From Anaeromyxobacteraceae bacterium (GTDB lineage Bacteria > Myxococcota > Myxococcia > Myxococcales > Anaeromyxobacteraceae): DNA of 64,000 nt. Positions 10,701 to 21,125 of the stretch are shown here, piece by piece. A program made the position numbers and the translations under genes. The notes below the pieces were generated by a model that saw only the letters and a program-made list of their open reading frames with translations, was not told the DNA's origin and made no database searches. The stretch spans positions 1,600,001 through 1,664,000 of the forward strand of contig JASGHJ010000001.1 of the NCBI GenBank assembly GCA_047602405.1, in the 5' to 3' direction. How positions within the stretch are numbered: the first letter of the stretch is position 1; every line of letters starts with the position of its first letter.

Positions 10701-10957
10701 CGCTTGTTCCGGTCCTCGAGGACGAGCGCGAGGCTGGAGACCGGGAGGTCGAGCGGATCCAGGCGCCGGAGGCGCTTCTTCGCCTCCGAGAACGGTCGCA
10801 AGGCCGGGCGGATGACGATCCCGCTCGGAGGGCCGGCCGGGACCACCTGCGCGACGGGCGTGGTCCGCTCCATCACGAGCAGCACCTCGCCCTGCTTCAC
10901 CTCCCGCAGGTGGCTGGAGAGGTGCGCCTTGAGGTCCGCGATTCCGACCTTCTTCAT
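10697..10957 (-). CDS. Phd/YefM family antitoxin
   Basis: MKKVGIADLKAHLSSHLREVKQGEVLLVMERTTPVA; 4-nt overlap with vapC. Confidence 0.88.
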   Translation of the reverse strand: MKKVGIADLKAHLSSHLREVKQGEVLLVMERTTPVAQVVPAGPPSGIVIRPALRPFSEAKKRLRRLDPLDLPVSSLALVLEDRNKR

Positions 10958-10992
10958 GACCACATGATGGTCATGACAGGTCATGTTGTCAA
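10954..10992 (-). promoter_or_regulatory. Sigma70-type promoter (TTGACA-17-CATCAT) with overlapping operator palindromes; probably leaderless
   Basis: Minus strand reads TTGACA ACATGACCTGTCATGAC CATCAT GTGGTC ATG; inverted repeat TCATGACCA-N5-TGGTCATGA. Confidence 0.7.
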
Positions 10993-11021
10993 GGCGACCC
11001 GGGACCTACGGCCCGCCCCGC

Positions 11022-12059
11022 CTACCCCAGCGCCACCTTCAGCATCGCGTCGTTCTCGGCCGGCATGCCGATCGAGATCCGGATGCAGCCCTCGAGCCCC
11101 GCGTAGTGGTCCTGGCGGCGCACGAGGATGCCGGCGGCGAGGAACTTCTGGTACGCGGCCGCGGCGTCCGGCGTGCGCACGAGGAGGAAGTTGCCGGCGG
11201 ACGGGTAAACCTTCCAGGCGGGGTGCTGCTCGAGCGCCGCGAGCACCCGCGCGCGCTCGGCGCGGATGCGCTCGACGAGCGGCTGCACGTAGCCAGGGGA
11301 CTCGAGCGCGGCGAGCAGGATCGCGGTCGTGTGCACCGGGATGCAGAACGGCGGGATGCAGGCGCGGACCACGGACGCCACCCGCCGCGAGCCGAGCAGG
11401 TAGCCCGCGCGGATGCCGCCGAGCGACCAGGACTTCGAGAACGTGCGGAGGATCGCGACGTGCTCGTTCGCGCGCGCGAGCGGCCGGAAGTCTGTGCCGG
11501 CGAACGCCTGGTACGCCTCGTCGACGACGAGGAGCCAGCCCCGCTCGGCGGCGCGGGCCGCGAGCCGCTCCACGTCGGCGGCGGCGAACATCGCGCCGGT
11601 CGGCGCGTGCGGCACCGGGAGGAAGCAGACGCCGGGCGGGCCCGCCATCTCGGCGAGGAGCCCCACGAGCGGGAGGGTGAAGCCGGGCCCGAGCGGGAGG
11701 CCCTTCCACGGCGTGCCCGCCGCGGCGGCGCCGCCCTTGTAGTACGGGAACGCCGGGACCGTATCGAGCACGCTCCGCGCCGCCATCGCGAGCGCGAGGC
11801 AGAGCAGGTTCGAGCCGGGCGCGAGCACCACGCCCTCCTCCGGCCAGCCCTCGTGCCGCGCGAGCGCCGCGCGCACGTCCTCGGCGTGCAGCTCCGGATA
11901 GCGGTTCCAGTCGAGCCGCGCGAGCCGCTCGAGCGCCTTCGCCTTCACGGCGGGCGGGAGGTCCTCGGGGCTCTCGTTCTGGTCGAGCTTGATGCGCGCG
12001 TCGCTCTTCGCGTACGGGTAGTCCGCGACGTTCGCGAGGTGGGGCTTGAAGGCGTCCAT
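11022..12059 (-). CDS. hisC: Histidinol-phosphate aminotransferase
   Basis: IKLDQNESP, NRYP, VVDEAY and LRTFSKSWSLGGIRAGY (PLP lysine). Confidence 0.85.
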   Translation of the reverse strand: MDAFKPHLANVADYPYAKSDARIKLDQNESPEDLPPAVKAKALERLARLDWNRYPELHAEDVRAALARHEGWPEEGVVLAPGSNLLCLALAMAARSVLDTVPAFPYYKGGAAAAGTPWKGLPLGPGFTLPLVGLLAEMAGPPGVCFLPVPHAPTGAMFAAADVERLAARAAERGWLLVVDEAYQAFAGTDFRPLARANEHVAILRTFSKSWSLGGIRAGYLLGSRRVASVVRACIPPFCIPVHTTAILLAALESPGYVQPLVERIRAERARVLAALEQHPAWKVYPSAGNFLLVRTPDAAAAYQKFLAAGILVRRQDHYAGLEGCIRISIGMPAENDAMLKVALG

Positions 12060-12084
12060 CGGTCGTTCGAGTCCTGCCGTGTCG

Positions 12085-12267
12085 CTACGGCTCCAGCACC
12101 GCGTTCACCACCACCGCCGCGAGCAGCCCGACGACCGCCGGGCCCGAGCCGCCTCAGGCCCCGCAGCCGAGGGCGGGCACCGCGAAGGTGATCCCCGCCC
12201 CCGCGAGCCCGGCCGCGGCCGCCATCCAGCCGCGGTGCCGCATGAGCCACTCGCGCAACGGCGTCAT
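12085..12267 (-). CDS. Candidate 60-aa membrane selenoprotein with CxxU motif (UGA at 12156-12154)
   Basis: Manual translation MTPLREWLMRHRGWMAAAAGLAGAGITFAVPALGCGA(U)GGSGPAVVGLLAAVVVNAVLEP*; GGAGGTGAT RBS upstream; SECIS-like hairpin after the UGA. Confidence 0.6.
12119..12153 (-). promoter_or_regulatory. Putative bacterial SECIS element
   Basis: After UGA: GGCGGCUCG GGCCCGGC-GGUC-GUCGGGCU; 8-bp stem with a GGUC loop starting 17 nt after UGA. Confidence 0.55.
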
Positions 12268-12287
12268 GTCCGGTACCTATCACCTCC

Positions 12288-12728
12288 ATGGCTTACCTGC
12301 TCGTCCTCTTCGCCCTCCTCGCCGGCGTCAGCCTGCCGGTGCAGGCCGGCGTCAACGCCGCCCTCGCGCGCGGCGTCGGCCGCCCGGAGTGGGCCGGCGT
12401 CGTGTCCTTCGCGGTGGGCCTCGTCGGCATCGCCGCCTACGCGCTCGTCTCCCGCGCGCGCGTCCCGACCACCGCCGAGCTCGCCGGCATCCCGGGCTGG
12501 GCCTGGACCGGCGGCCTCATCGGCGCGTTCTACGTGACGAGCGTCATCCTGCTCACGCCCCGGCTCGGCATCGCGCTCACGATGGGCTTCGCCGTCGCCG
12601 GCCAGCTCGTCGGCGCGCTCGTGCTCGACCAGATCGGCGCGTTCGGGCTCGACGCGCGGCCGGTGACCACGTCGCGCGCGATCGGCGTCGTGCTGCTGAT
12701 CGTCTCGGTGCTGCTCATCCGGCGGTAG
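12288..12728 (+). CDS. DMT family transporter (YdcZ-like)
   Basis: PVQAGVNAAL, WAWTGGLIGAFYV and GQLVGALVLDQIGAFG. Confidence 0.85.
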   Translation: MAYLLVLFALLAGVSLPVQAGVNAALARGVGRPEWAGVVSFAVGLVGIAAYALVSRARVPTTAELAGIPGWAWTGGLIGAFYVTSVILLTPRLGIALTMGFAVAGQLVGALVLDQIGAFGLDARPVTTSRAIGVVLLIVSVLLIRR

Positions 12729-12844
12729 CCGGCCGGCGCCTGGCGTGGCGGGCGCGGCGCTGGTCGGGACTCGGCCCGCGGCCGGGCGGTGAGACGCGGC
12801 GTTTCTCCCGCCGGGTCGTACCGATCGTGAGACACTCGGGGCGC

Positions 12845-13816
12845 ATGCGCTCCGTGCTCTCCCGCCTCGCCGCGTGGCTGCGCCGCGCACCTCCCGCGCC
12901 CGACCTCTCCGCGCCCGCCGGCCCGGAGGCGCCCTCCTCGGCGGCGGTGGAGGCGAACGATCGAGGTCACGCTGCGCGGGACGCGAGCGACCTCGAGGCG
13001 GCGGTCCTGGCCTACGGGGAAGCCGCGCGGCTCGCGCCGGGCTGGGAGGCGGCCTGGTTCAACCTGGGCATCGTCACGAAGCAGTCCGGGCGCTGGGACG
13101 CGTGCCGCGACGCCTGCCGGCGCGCGCTCGCGCTCGAGCCGAGCGAGGGCGCCTGGTGGAACCTCGCCGTCGCCTGCACCGCGCTCGGCGACTGGGCGGG
13201 CGCTCGCGAGGGCTGGCGCGCGTGCGGCATCGAGGTGCCGGACGGGGATGGGCCGCTCGAGATGCACCTCGGGTCCGTGCCGATCCGCGTAGATCCCGGC
13301 GGGTCCGCCGAGGTGGTCTGGTGCGACCGCATCGACCCCGCGCGCGCGATCGTCCGCAACGTCCCGATGCCGGAGTGCGGTCGCCGATACGGAGACCTCG
13401 TGCTGCACGACGGTGCACCGAACGGCTACCGGAAGCGGGGCGACCGCGAGGTCCCTGTGTTCGACGAACTCGCGCTGCTCGCGGCCTCGGGACGGTCCAC
13501 GTTCGTGGTGACGACCGACCAGCCGACGCCGGAGGACTCGTCCGCGCTCGCGGCCGCGTTCGAGGCCGCCAGGCTCCCCGCCGAGGACTGGACACTCCAG
13601 GTCCGCATGATCTGCAAGGCGTGCAGCGAGGGACGGCCGCACGCGGAGGGTGAGGAGCACGCACCGGACCCCGAGTGGAAGACGAGCCACGAGGTGGGCA
13701 TCGCAGCGGTGAGCGTCGAGCCCGTGCTCGCGGTGCTCTCGGCTTGGGCGACGGGCGGGTCCGGGCGCGGGTACGGAACGCTGGAGCTGGCCCTCGCGGG
13801 CACCGCGTCGGCCTGA
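12845..13816 (+). CDS. Tetratricopeptide repeat protein
   Basis: AWFNLGIV and AWWNLAVA TPR units; C-terminal domain with VLHDGAPNG and CKACSEG. Confidence 0.75.
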   Translation: MRSVLSRLAAWLRRAPPAPDLSAPAGPEAPSSAAVEANDRGHAARDASDLEAAVLAYGEAARLAPGWEAAWFNLGIVTKQSGRWDACRDACRRALALEPSEGAWWNLAVACTALGDWAGAREGWRACGIEVPDGDGPLEMHLGSVPIRVDPGGSAEVVWCDRIDPARAIVRNVPMPECGRRYGDLVLHDGAPNGYRKRGDREVPVFDELALLAASGRSTFVVTTDQPTPEDSSALAAAFEAARLPAEDWTLQVRMICKACSEGRPHAEGEEHAPDPEWKTSHEVGIAAVSVEPVLAVLSAWATGGSGRGYGTLELALAGTASA

Positions 13817-13829
13817 ACACCGACGTCCT

Positions 13830-13882
13830 CACGCCCCGAAAGTTACGCCACCGGTGGAGGGCATGGCGGATTCCGGGGTCAC
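13830..13882. repeat. 53-bp conserved intergenic motif, copy 1
   Basis: 48/53 identical by eye to 38475-38527. Confidence 0.8.
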
Positions 13883-13993
13883 TCCAAGGAATGTCCTCGG
13901 GGCCTCGGTCCGCTTCCTCGCTGCGACCGTCCTCCCACACCCACCTTCCTCCTCTCCCTCGTCCGCGCGCAGGGCGCGTGCGATCCTCTCCCG

Positions 13994-15412
13994 GTGAGAA
14001 CGCCCGCCGGCCTCCTGCTCGCCGCCCTCGCGCTCGCCTGCGGCGCGTCGCGGGACGCCGGCCCGGTGAAGGTCGTCGTCGCCCCGGAGGCCGTGGCGCT
14101 CGCGACCGGGCAGTCGACGACGTTCTCCGCGACCGTCACCGGCACCTCCGACCACGCTGTGATCTGGTCGGTCGACGGCGGAGCGATCGACGCCACCGGC
14201 CGGTACACCGCGCCCGGCACGCCCGGCAGCTTCACGGTGACCGCGACGAGCACCGCCGACGCCTCGAGGTCCGGCCGCGCGCTCGTCCTCGTGAACGCGG
14301 GGGGCGCCTGCCTCGCCTCGGGCCTGCTCGCCTCGCTCGGGAAGTCGGACCTCCTCGTCGGCCTCTCCGGCGCGGACGCGAGCGCGGCCGCGGCGGCCTG
14401 GGATCTCCGCTACGTCTACCTCGCGGGCGTCGTGAAGGACCCCGCGGGCGCGTGCACGGGCCCGGGCTACTCGGCGTGGTGGGGCTGCTGGCAGGACCTC
14501 TCGCAGCCACCGGGCCAGTACGTGACCGGGTTCGTCTCGGCGGCCGCGGCGCGCGGCCAGGTGCCGATGTTCACGTACTACGTCCTGCTCCCCGCGAGCG
14601 GCGCCCCCGAGGGCGCGGGCGAGGTGGCGGCCGCGAAGGACGTGAGCTTCATGGCCACGTACCTGCGCGACTGGCGCTTCCTCCTGCAGCGGGTCGGCAC
14701 CTCGAAGGCGCTGCTGCACGTCGAGCCGGACCTCTGGGGCTACGCGGAGCAGGCGAACGCCGATCCGCACCAGGTCCCGGCCGCGGTCGCGACCGCGAAC
14801 CCGACCGACTGCGCCGGCCAGGAGAACTCCTTCGCGGGCCTCGGCCGCTGCATGATCGCGATGGTCCGCACCTACGCGCCGAACGCGATGGTGGGACTGC
14901 ACGCCTCGGCCTGGGGGACGAAGATCGACGTGCTCGGGAACACGAACGCGTCCTTCGACGTCGAGGCGGAGGGGCGGAAGCTGGGCGTCTGGCTCGCCGC
15001 GGCCGGCGCCGACGTCTCGGACTTCGTCGTCGCCGACCAGAGCGACCGCGACGCCGGCTACTACGCTTCGCTCGGCCGCGACACCTGGTGGGACGCGACG
15101 AACGCGACACTCCCGAACTTCCACCAGGCGCTCGCGTGGGCGAACGCGGTTGCGGGGGCGGTGGGGCGCCCCATCCTCTGGTGGCAGGTGCCGGTCGGGA
15201 ACCTGAACCAGGCGAACACGACCTCGCACTGGCAGGACAACCGGGTGCAGTACTTCTTCGACCACCCGGCGGAGTACGCGGCCTCCGGGGCCGTGGGCAT
15301 CGCGTTCGGGGCGGGGGCCGACGGCCAGACCGTCCCCGAGACGGACGGGGGCTACCTCGTCTCGCGCGCGAAGGCCTACCTCGACGCGGGCGGGACGCCC
15401 GCCTGCCCGTAG
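13994..15412 (+). CDS. Lipoprotein with Ig-like domain and putative glycoside-hydrolase-like domain
   Basis: Lipobox LALAC; Ig-like segment (VIWSVDGGAIDATGRYTAP); aromatic-rich domain with HVEPDLWGY. Confidence 0.7.
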   Translation: MRTPAGLLLAALALACGASRDAGPVKVVVAPEAVALATGQSTTFSATVTGTSDHAVIWSVDGGAIDATGRYTAPGTPGSFTVTATSTADASRSGRALVLVNAGGACLASGLLASLGKSDLLVGLSGADASAAAAAWDLRYVYLAGVVKDPAGACTGPGYSAWWGCWQDLSQPPGQYVTGFVSAAAARGQVPMFTYYVLLPASGAPEGAGEVAAAKDVSFMATYLRDWRFLLQRVGTSKALLHVEPDLWGYAEQANADPHQVPAAVATANPTDCAGQENSFAGLGRCMIAMVRTYAPNAMVGLHASAWGTKIDVLGNTNASFDVEAEGRKLGVWLAAAGADVSDFVVADQSDRDAGYYASLGRDTWWDATNATLPNFHQALAWANAVAGAVGRPILWWQVPVGNLNQANTTSHWQDNRVQYFFDHPAEYAASGAVGIAFGAGADGQTVPETDGGYLVSRAKAYLDAGGTPACP

Positions 15413-15494
15413 CCCGTTCGTCCTTCGACAGGCACGTGACGCACGGATCGGCTCCCGGGCGCGGCCCCCGCTCCGCCTCCGATGGGTATCTGGC

Positions 15495-15524
15495 TTGACG
15501 GGCATATGCCTGGAGCAGCATATA
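15495..15524 (+). promoter_or_regulatory. Promoter and operator of the ArsR operon
   Basis: TTGACG -35 box followed by the inverted repeat ATATGC-N8-GCATAT just before the ATG. Confidence 0.6.
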
Positions 15525-15530
15525 CCTCCC

Positions 15531-15896
15531 ATGGAATCCACGTTCGCGATCGTCGCGGAGCCGAACCGGCGGGCGATCCTGAGCATGCTCGCCGCCTCCG
15601 AGCGCTCGGTCGGCGAGCTCGAGAAGAAGCTCCGGCTGACCCAGACCTCGGTGTCGAAGCACCTGCGGGTGCTGCGCGAGGCCGGGTTCGTCGAGGCGCG
15701 GGTCGATGCGCAGCGGCGGGTCTACCGCATCCGGCCGGAGCCGCTCCGGGAGATCGACGACTGGCTGCAGCCCTTCCGGCGCTACTGGTCGGCGCACGTC
15801 GACGCGCTCGAGCGGCACCTCGACCGGATGGAGGCGCGCAAGGGCCAGGCGCCGAAGGGGCACGTCTCCAGGGGACCAGGAAAGGACGAGCGATGA
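15531..15896 (+). CDS. ArsR/SmtB family transcriptional regulator
   Basis: FAIVAEPNRRAIL, VSKHLRVLREAGFV and QRRVYRI. Confidence 0.88.
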   Translation: MESTFAIVAEPNRRAILSMLAASERSVGELEKKLRLTQTSVSKHLRVLREAGFVEARVDAQRRVYRIRPEPLREIDDWLQPFRRYWSAHVDALERHLDRMEARKGQAPKGHVSRGPGKDER

Positions 15897-16432
15897 GCAC
15901 GAAGCGCGGTGACTACACGCCGGGGCCCGCGGAGGGCGCCCGGGTCGAGAAGGACGGCGAGCACTGGACGCTGGTCCTGGTGCGGGACCTCCGCCACCCG
16001 CCGGCGCTCGTCTGGGAGGCGCTCACCGATCCCGCCGAGCTCGTCGAGTGGGCGCCGTTCGACTCCGACCGGAGCCTCGCCGCGCCGGGGCCGGTGACGC
16101 TCTCGACGGTCGGGGCGCCCACGCCCCAGGTCCAGGCGTGCGAGGTCACGCGCGCCGACGCGCACCGGCTGCTCGAGTTCACCTGGGGCGGCAACGCGCT
16201 CCGCTGGGAGCTCGAGCCGCAGGGCGCCGGGACGCGGCTCACGCTCTGGCACGACATCGACCGTCGCTTCATCGCGTGGGGCGCCGCGGGCTGGCACCTC
16301 TGCCTCGACGTCCTCGACCGCTTCCTCTCGGGCGCGCCCATCGGCCGGATCGTGGGCGTGGACGCGATGCAGTTCGAGGGCTGGCAGCGGTTGACGGCGG
16401 AGTACACGAAGCAGTTCGAGGGCGCTCGCTGA
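15893..16432 (+). CDS. SRPBCC/AHSA1-like domain protein
   Basis: LVRDLRHPPALVWEALTDP, LRWELEP and AAGWHLCLDVL; ATGA overlap with the ArsR gene. Confidence 0.85.
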   Translation: MSTKRGDYTPGPAEGARVEKDGEHWTLVLVRDLRHPPALVWEALTDPAELVEWAPFDSDRSLAAPGPVTLSTVGAPTPQVQACEVTRADAHRLLEFTWGGNALRWELEPQGAGTRLTLWHDIDRRFIAWGAAGWHLCLDVLDRFLSGAPIGRIVGVDAMQFEGWQRLTAEYTKQFEGAR

Positions 16433-16453
16433 GCGCCGGAACGGGGTGAAGCC

Positions 16454-16834
16454 ATGGACGTCTTCCTCAAGGTCGTGCAGATCCTCCTCGCCCTCCACAC
16501 CGCGATGGGCGCCGCCTGGAAGTTCACGACGCCCGTGACGGCGGTGCCGTCGCTCTCGGCGCTGACGCAGGGCGGCTGGCTCGGGCTCGGCGTGATCGAG
16601 CTCTTCCTCGCGGTCGGGCTCGTGCTGCCGGCGCGGTCGCGGGCGCTCGCGCGCGCGGCCCCGCTCGCCGCGGCCGGCGTCGGCGCCGAGATGCTGCTCT
16701 TCACCGCGGTGAGCCTCGCCTCCGGCGCAGGCCAGCCCGGGGAGATCGGCTACTGGCTCGTCGTGGCCGCGATCTGCGGGTTCGTCGTCTGGGGTCGCGC
16801 GGTCCGCACGCCGGCGGCGGTCCCCTCGGCCTGA
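16454..16834 (+). CDS. DoxX-like membrane protein
   Basis: Four hydrophobic segments; LGVIELFLAVGLVLP. Confidence 0.7.
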   Translation: MDVFLKVVQILLALHTAMGAAWKFTTPVTAVPSLSALTQGGWLGLGVIELFLAVGLVLPARSRALARAAPLAAAGVGAEMLLFTAVSLASGAGQPGEIGYWLVVAAICGFVVWGRAVRTPAAVPSA

Positions 16835-16876
16835 CGCACCGCGGCCGGCGGTGGCGAAGACCCTCGTGAACGGGGT

Positions 16877-17995
16877 CTACACGCCCTGACCCGTCGCGCC
16901 CATCGCCGCGTCGATCGTCTCCGCGAGGTAGCGCGCGGCGAGGCCGACGGTGCCGTCGTTCCCCGCCGCGTCGCGCCCGAGGCCGGGCGCGACCTCCATC
17001 ACGTCGCCGCCGCAGAGGCCCACCTCCCGGCCGAGCCGCCGGATGAGCTCGGAGACGAAGTCCGGGGTGAGCCCGCCCGGCTCCGGCGTGCCGGTCGCGT
17101 CGGCCCAGCGCTCGTCGGTGCCGTCGATGTCGTTCGAGAGGTACACCGCGCGGACGCCGCTCGCCCGCACGTGCCGCACGATGGCGTCCACCGCGGCGGC
17201 GGGGTCGCGGTTCACGTCCTCGGCCCAGAACTGCCGCACGCCGAGCGTCGTCTCCCAGTGGTCGCGGGTGCGGCGCGTGGCGCGGATGCCGACCTGCACC
17301 ATCCGCCCGCCGCGCCCGACGAGGTCGTTCGCGTGGAACGACCACGTGCCGAAGCAGTAGCGGACGCCGAGCCGCTCCTCGAGGAGGTCGGTGTGGGCGT
17401 CGAGCTGCACGATGCCCAGGCCCGGCACGTGCGGGGCGAGCGCCTTCACGACCGGCCAGGCGCAGGAGTGGTCGCCGCCCAGCGCGAAGACCTTCGCCTG
17501 GGGGTTCACCGACAGCGCGAGCTCGAGGGCGCGCTCGGCGATGGAGAGCGGGGACACCGGCAGGACGCCCGCGTCGGCGGCGCCCGGGTAGAGCGCCGCC
17601 CGCGAGGCGGCGAGCTGGGCGGCCGAGAGCATGTCGTCGTGGAGGAGCTGCGGGACGACGAACACGTCGCCGAGGTCCACGAGGCCCGCGGCGCGAGCGC
17701 GCTCGGCCCGGCGCGGGTCGTCCGCGAGCAGCCGCGCGCGGAGGGCGCCGGGCCCCAGGTTCGCGCCGCGGCGGAAGCCGGCGCCCACGTCGGACGGGAT
17801 CCCGAGCAGGAACCCCCGCGCGGTCGCGAGGCGGGCGAGGTCCTCCCGCCAGCGCGCCTGCACGCCGGCCTCGTCGGCGGCGCCGTAGAGCGAGCGCTGG
17901 AGCGCCTCCTGCTCGGCCTTGCCGGTGGAGACGAGGTGGATGCCGCCGCCCGCGGGGCGGAGCAGGCGGGAGAGGGTGTCGGCGGGCGTCGTCAC
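16877..17995 (-). CDS. Arginase/agmatinase family ureohydrolase
   Basis: GANLGP, GGDHS, DAHTDL, SNDIDGTD and ATGTPEPGGL motifs. Confidence 0.88.
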   Translation of the reverse strand: MTTPADTLSRLLRPAGGGIHLVSTGKAEQEALQRSLYGAADEAGVQARWREDLARLATARGFLLGIPSDVGAGFRRGANLGPGALRARLLADDPRRAERARAAGLVDLGDVFVVPQLLHDDMLSAAQLAASRAALYPGAADAGVLPVSPLSIAERALELALSVNPQAKVFALGGDHSCAWPVVKALAPHVPGLGIVQLDAHTDLLEERLGVRYCFGTWSFHANDLVGRGGRMVQVGIRATRRTRDHWETTLGVRQFWAEDVNRDPAAAVDAIVRHVRASGVRAVYLSNDIDGTDERWADATGTPEPGGLTPDFVSELIRRLGREVGLCGGDVMEVAPGLGRDAAGNDGTVGLAARYLAETIDAAMGATGQGV

Positions 17996-18009
17996 GCCCG
18001 TCCTTTACC

Positions 18010-19555
18010 TCACGCCTTCCAGGCGCGCACGAACTCCACGAGGGTGCGCACCCCGAAGCCGGTGCCGGCCTTCGGCACGTAGCCGCGCTCCCGGCCGGAG
18101 TGCGACGGGCCCGCGATGTCGAGGTGGGCCCAGGGCGTGTCCTTCGCGAAGGCGTGCAGGAAGTGACCGGCGCTGATGGCGCCGCCGAGGCGGTCGCCGG
18201 TGTTCTTGAGGTCCGCGCGGTCGCTCTTGAGCGACTCCTTCAGGGACTCGGTGAGCGGGAGCCGCCAGACCTCCTCGCCGGCGGCGCGCGCCGCGGCGAC
18301 GACGCCCTCCACCACGGGGCCGTCCGGGCCCATCAGGCCGGCGGTGGTCGGCCCGAGCGCGACCATGCAGGCGCCGGTGAGCGTCGCGACGTCGATCATC
18401 GCGGCGGGCTTCATCGTCGCGGCGGCCCAGGCGAGGACGTCGCCGAGGACGAGGCGGCCCTCGGCGTCGGTGTTGGTGATCTCGACGGTCTTGCCGGCGT
18501 AGGAGGTGAGGACGTCGGTCACCTTGTACGCGCGGCCGCCCGGCATGTTCTCGCAGGCGCCGAGCACCGCGTGGACCGGGAACTCCGGCTTCACCATCGC
18601 GACCACGCGGATGGCGGCGAGCACCGCGGCGGAGCCCGCCATGTCGGTGTGCATGTGCTGCATGTTCTCGTTCGACTTGAGCGAGAGGCCGCCGGAGTCG
18701 AACGTGATGGCCTTGCCGACGAGCACGACCGGCGGCCGCTTCGCGCCGGCGCCCTTCGGCACGTAGCTCACCTTCACGAGGCGGGGCTGCTCGGCCGAGC
18801 CGCGCGTCACGCCGAGGAACATGCCCATGCCGAGCTTCGCGATCTCGGCGGGGCCCTGCACCTCGATGGCGAGCCCCGCCTTCTTGGCGAGCGCGCGGGC
18901 CTCCTCGGCGAGCCGGGCCGGCGTGAGGTCGGCGGGCCCGAGGTTCACCATGTCGCGCGCCCAGGCCGTGGCGTCGGCGAGCTCGCGGGCGAGGGCGACC
19001 GCCTCCTTCACCGCGGCGGTGCGGGCGACGAGCGCCGGGACGACCACCGTGAGGCCGGAGAGCTTCGCCTTCTTCGAGGGCTCGGTCTTGTAGCGCTCGA
19101 ACACGTACGCGCCGAGCAGCACGCCCTCGGTCGCGGCCCGGGCGGCGCCGGCGGCCTCGTTGCCCTCCGCGCCCTCGGGGAGCGTGATGACGAGCTTCGC
19201 GGCGCCCGCGCGCGCCGCCGCCCGCGCGGCCTGACCGCCGGCCTGCCGGAGCGCCTCGCGCGCGTCCTGGGGCCACGGCGCCGCGCCGGCCTTCTTCCCG
19301 CCGAGGCCGAGCACCACGACGCGCGCGGCCTTGAGCTTGCCGAGCGTCTGGATCGTGAGCTCCTGCCCGGCCTTCGCCTCGAACCGCTCGGCGTCCGCGG
19401 CGGCGTAGAGCGCGCCCCCGAGGGCGCGGTCGACGGCGGCGACGCGTGCGCCGCGGAGGTCCTCGGCGTGCACCGGGACGGCGAGGACGTCGGTGACGAG
19501 GGTCAGCGGATCCACGCCGGCGGTCTGGACGGCGATTCTGGCTGGGATGGGGCAT
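18010..19555 (-). CDS. pepA: Leucyl aminopeptidase (M17); apparent 1-nt insertion just after the ATG
   Basis: VGKAITFDSGG, DMAGSAAV and NTDAEGRLVLGD; the ATG with GGAG RBS at 19555 is out of frame by one extra C (atgcccc). Confidence 0.9.
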
Positions 19556-19580
19556 CGGGGTCTCCGTCGGAGGGGGTTCG

Positions 19581-21113
<1,533 letters not shown>

Positions 21114-21125
21114 GCGCCGGCGATT

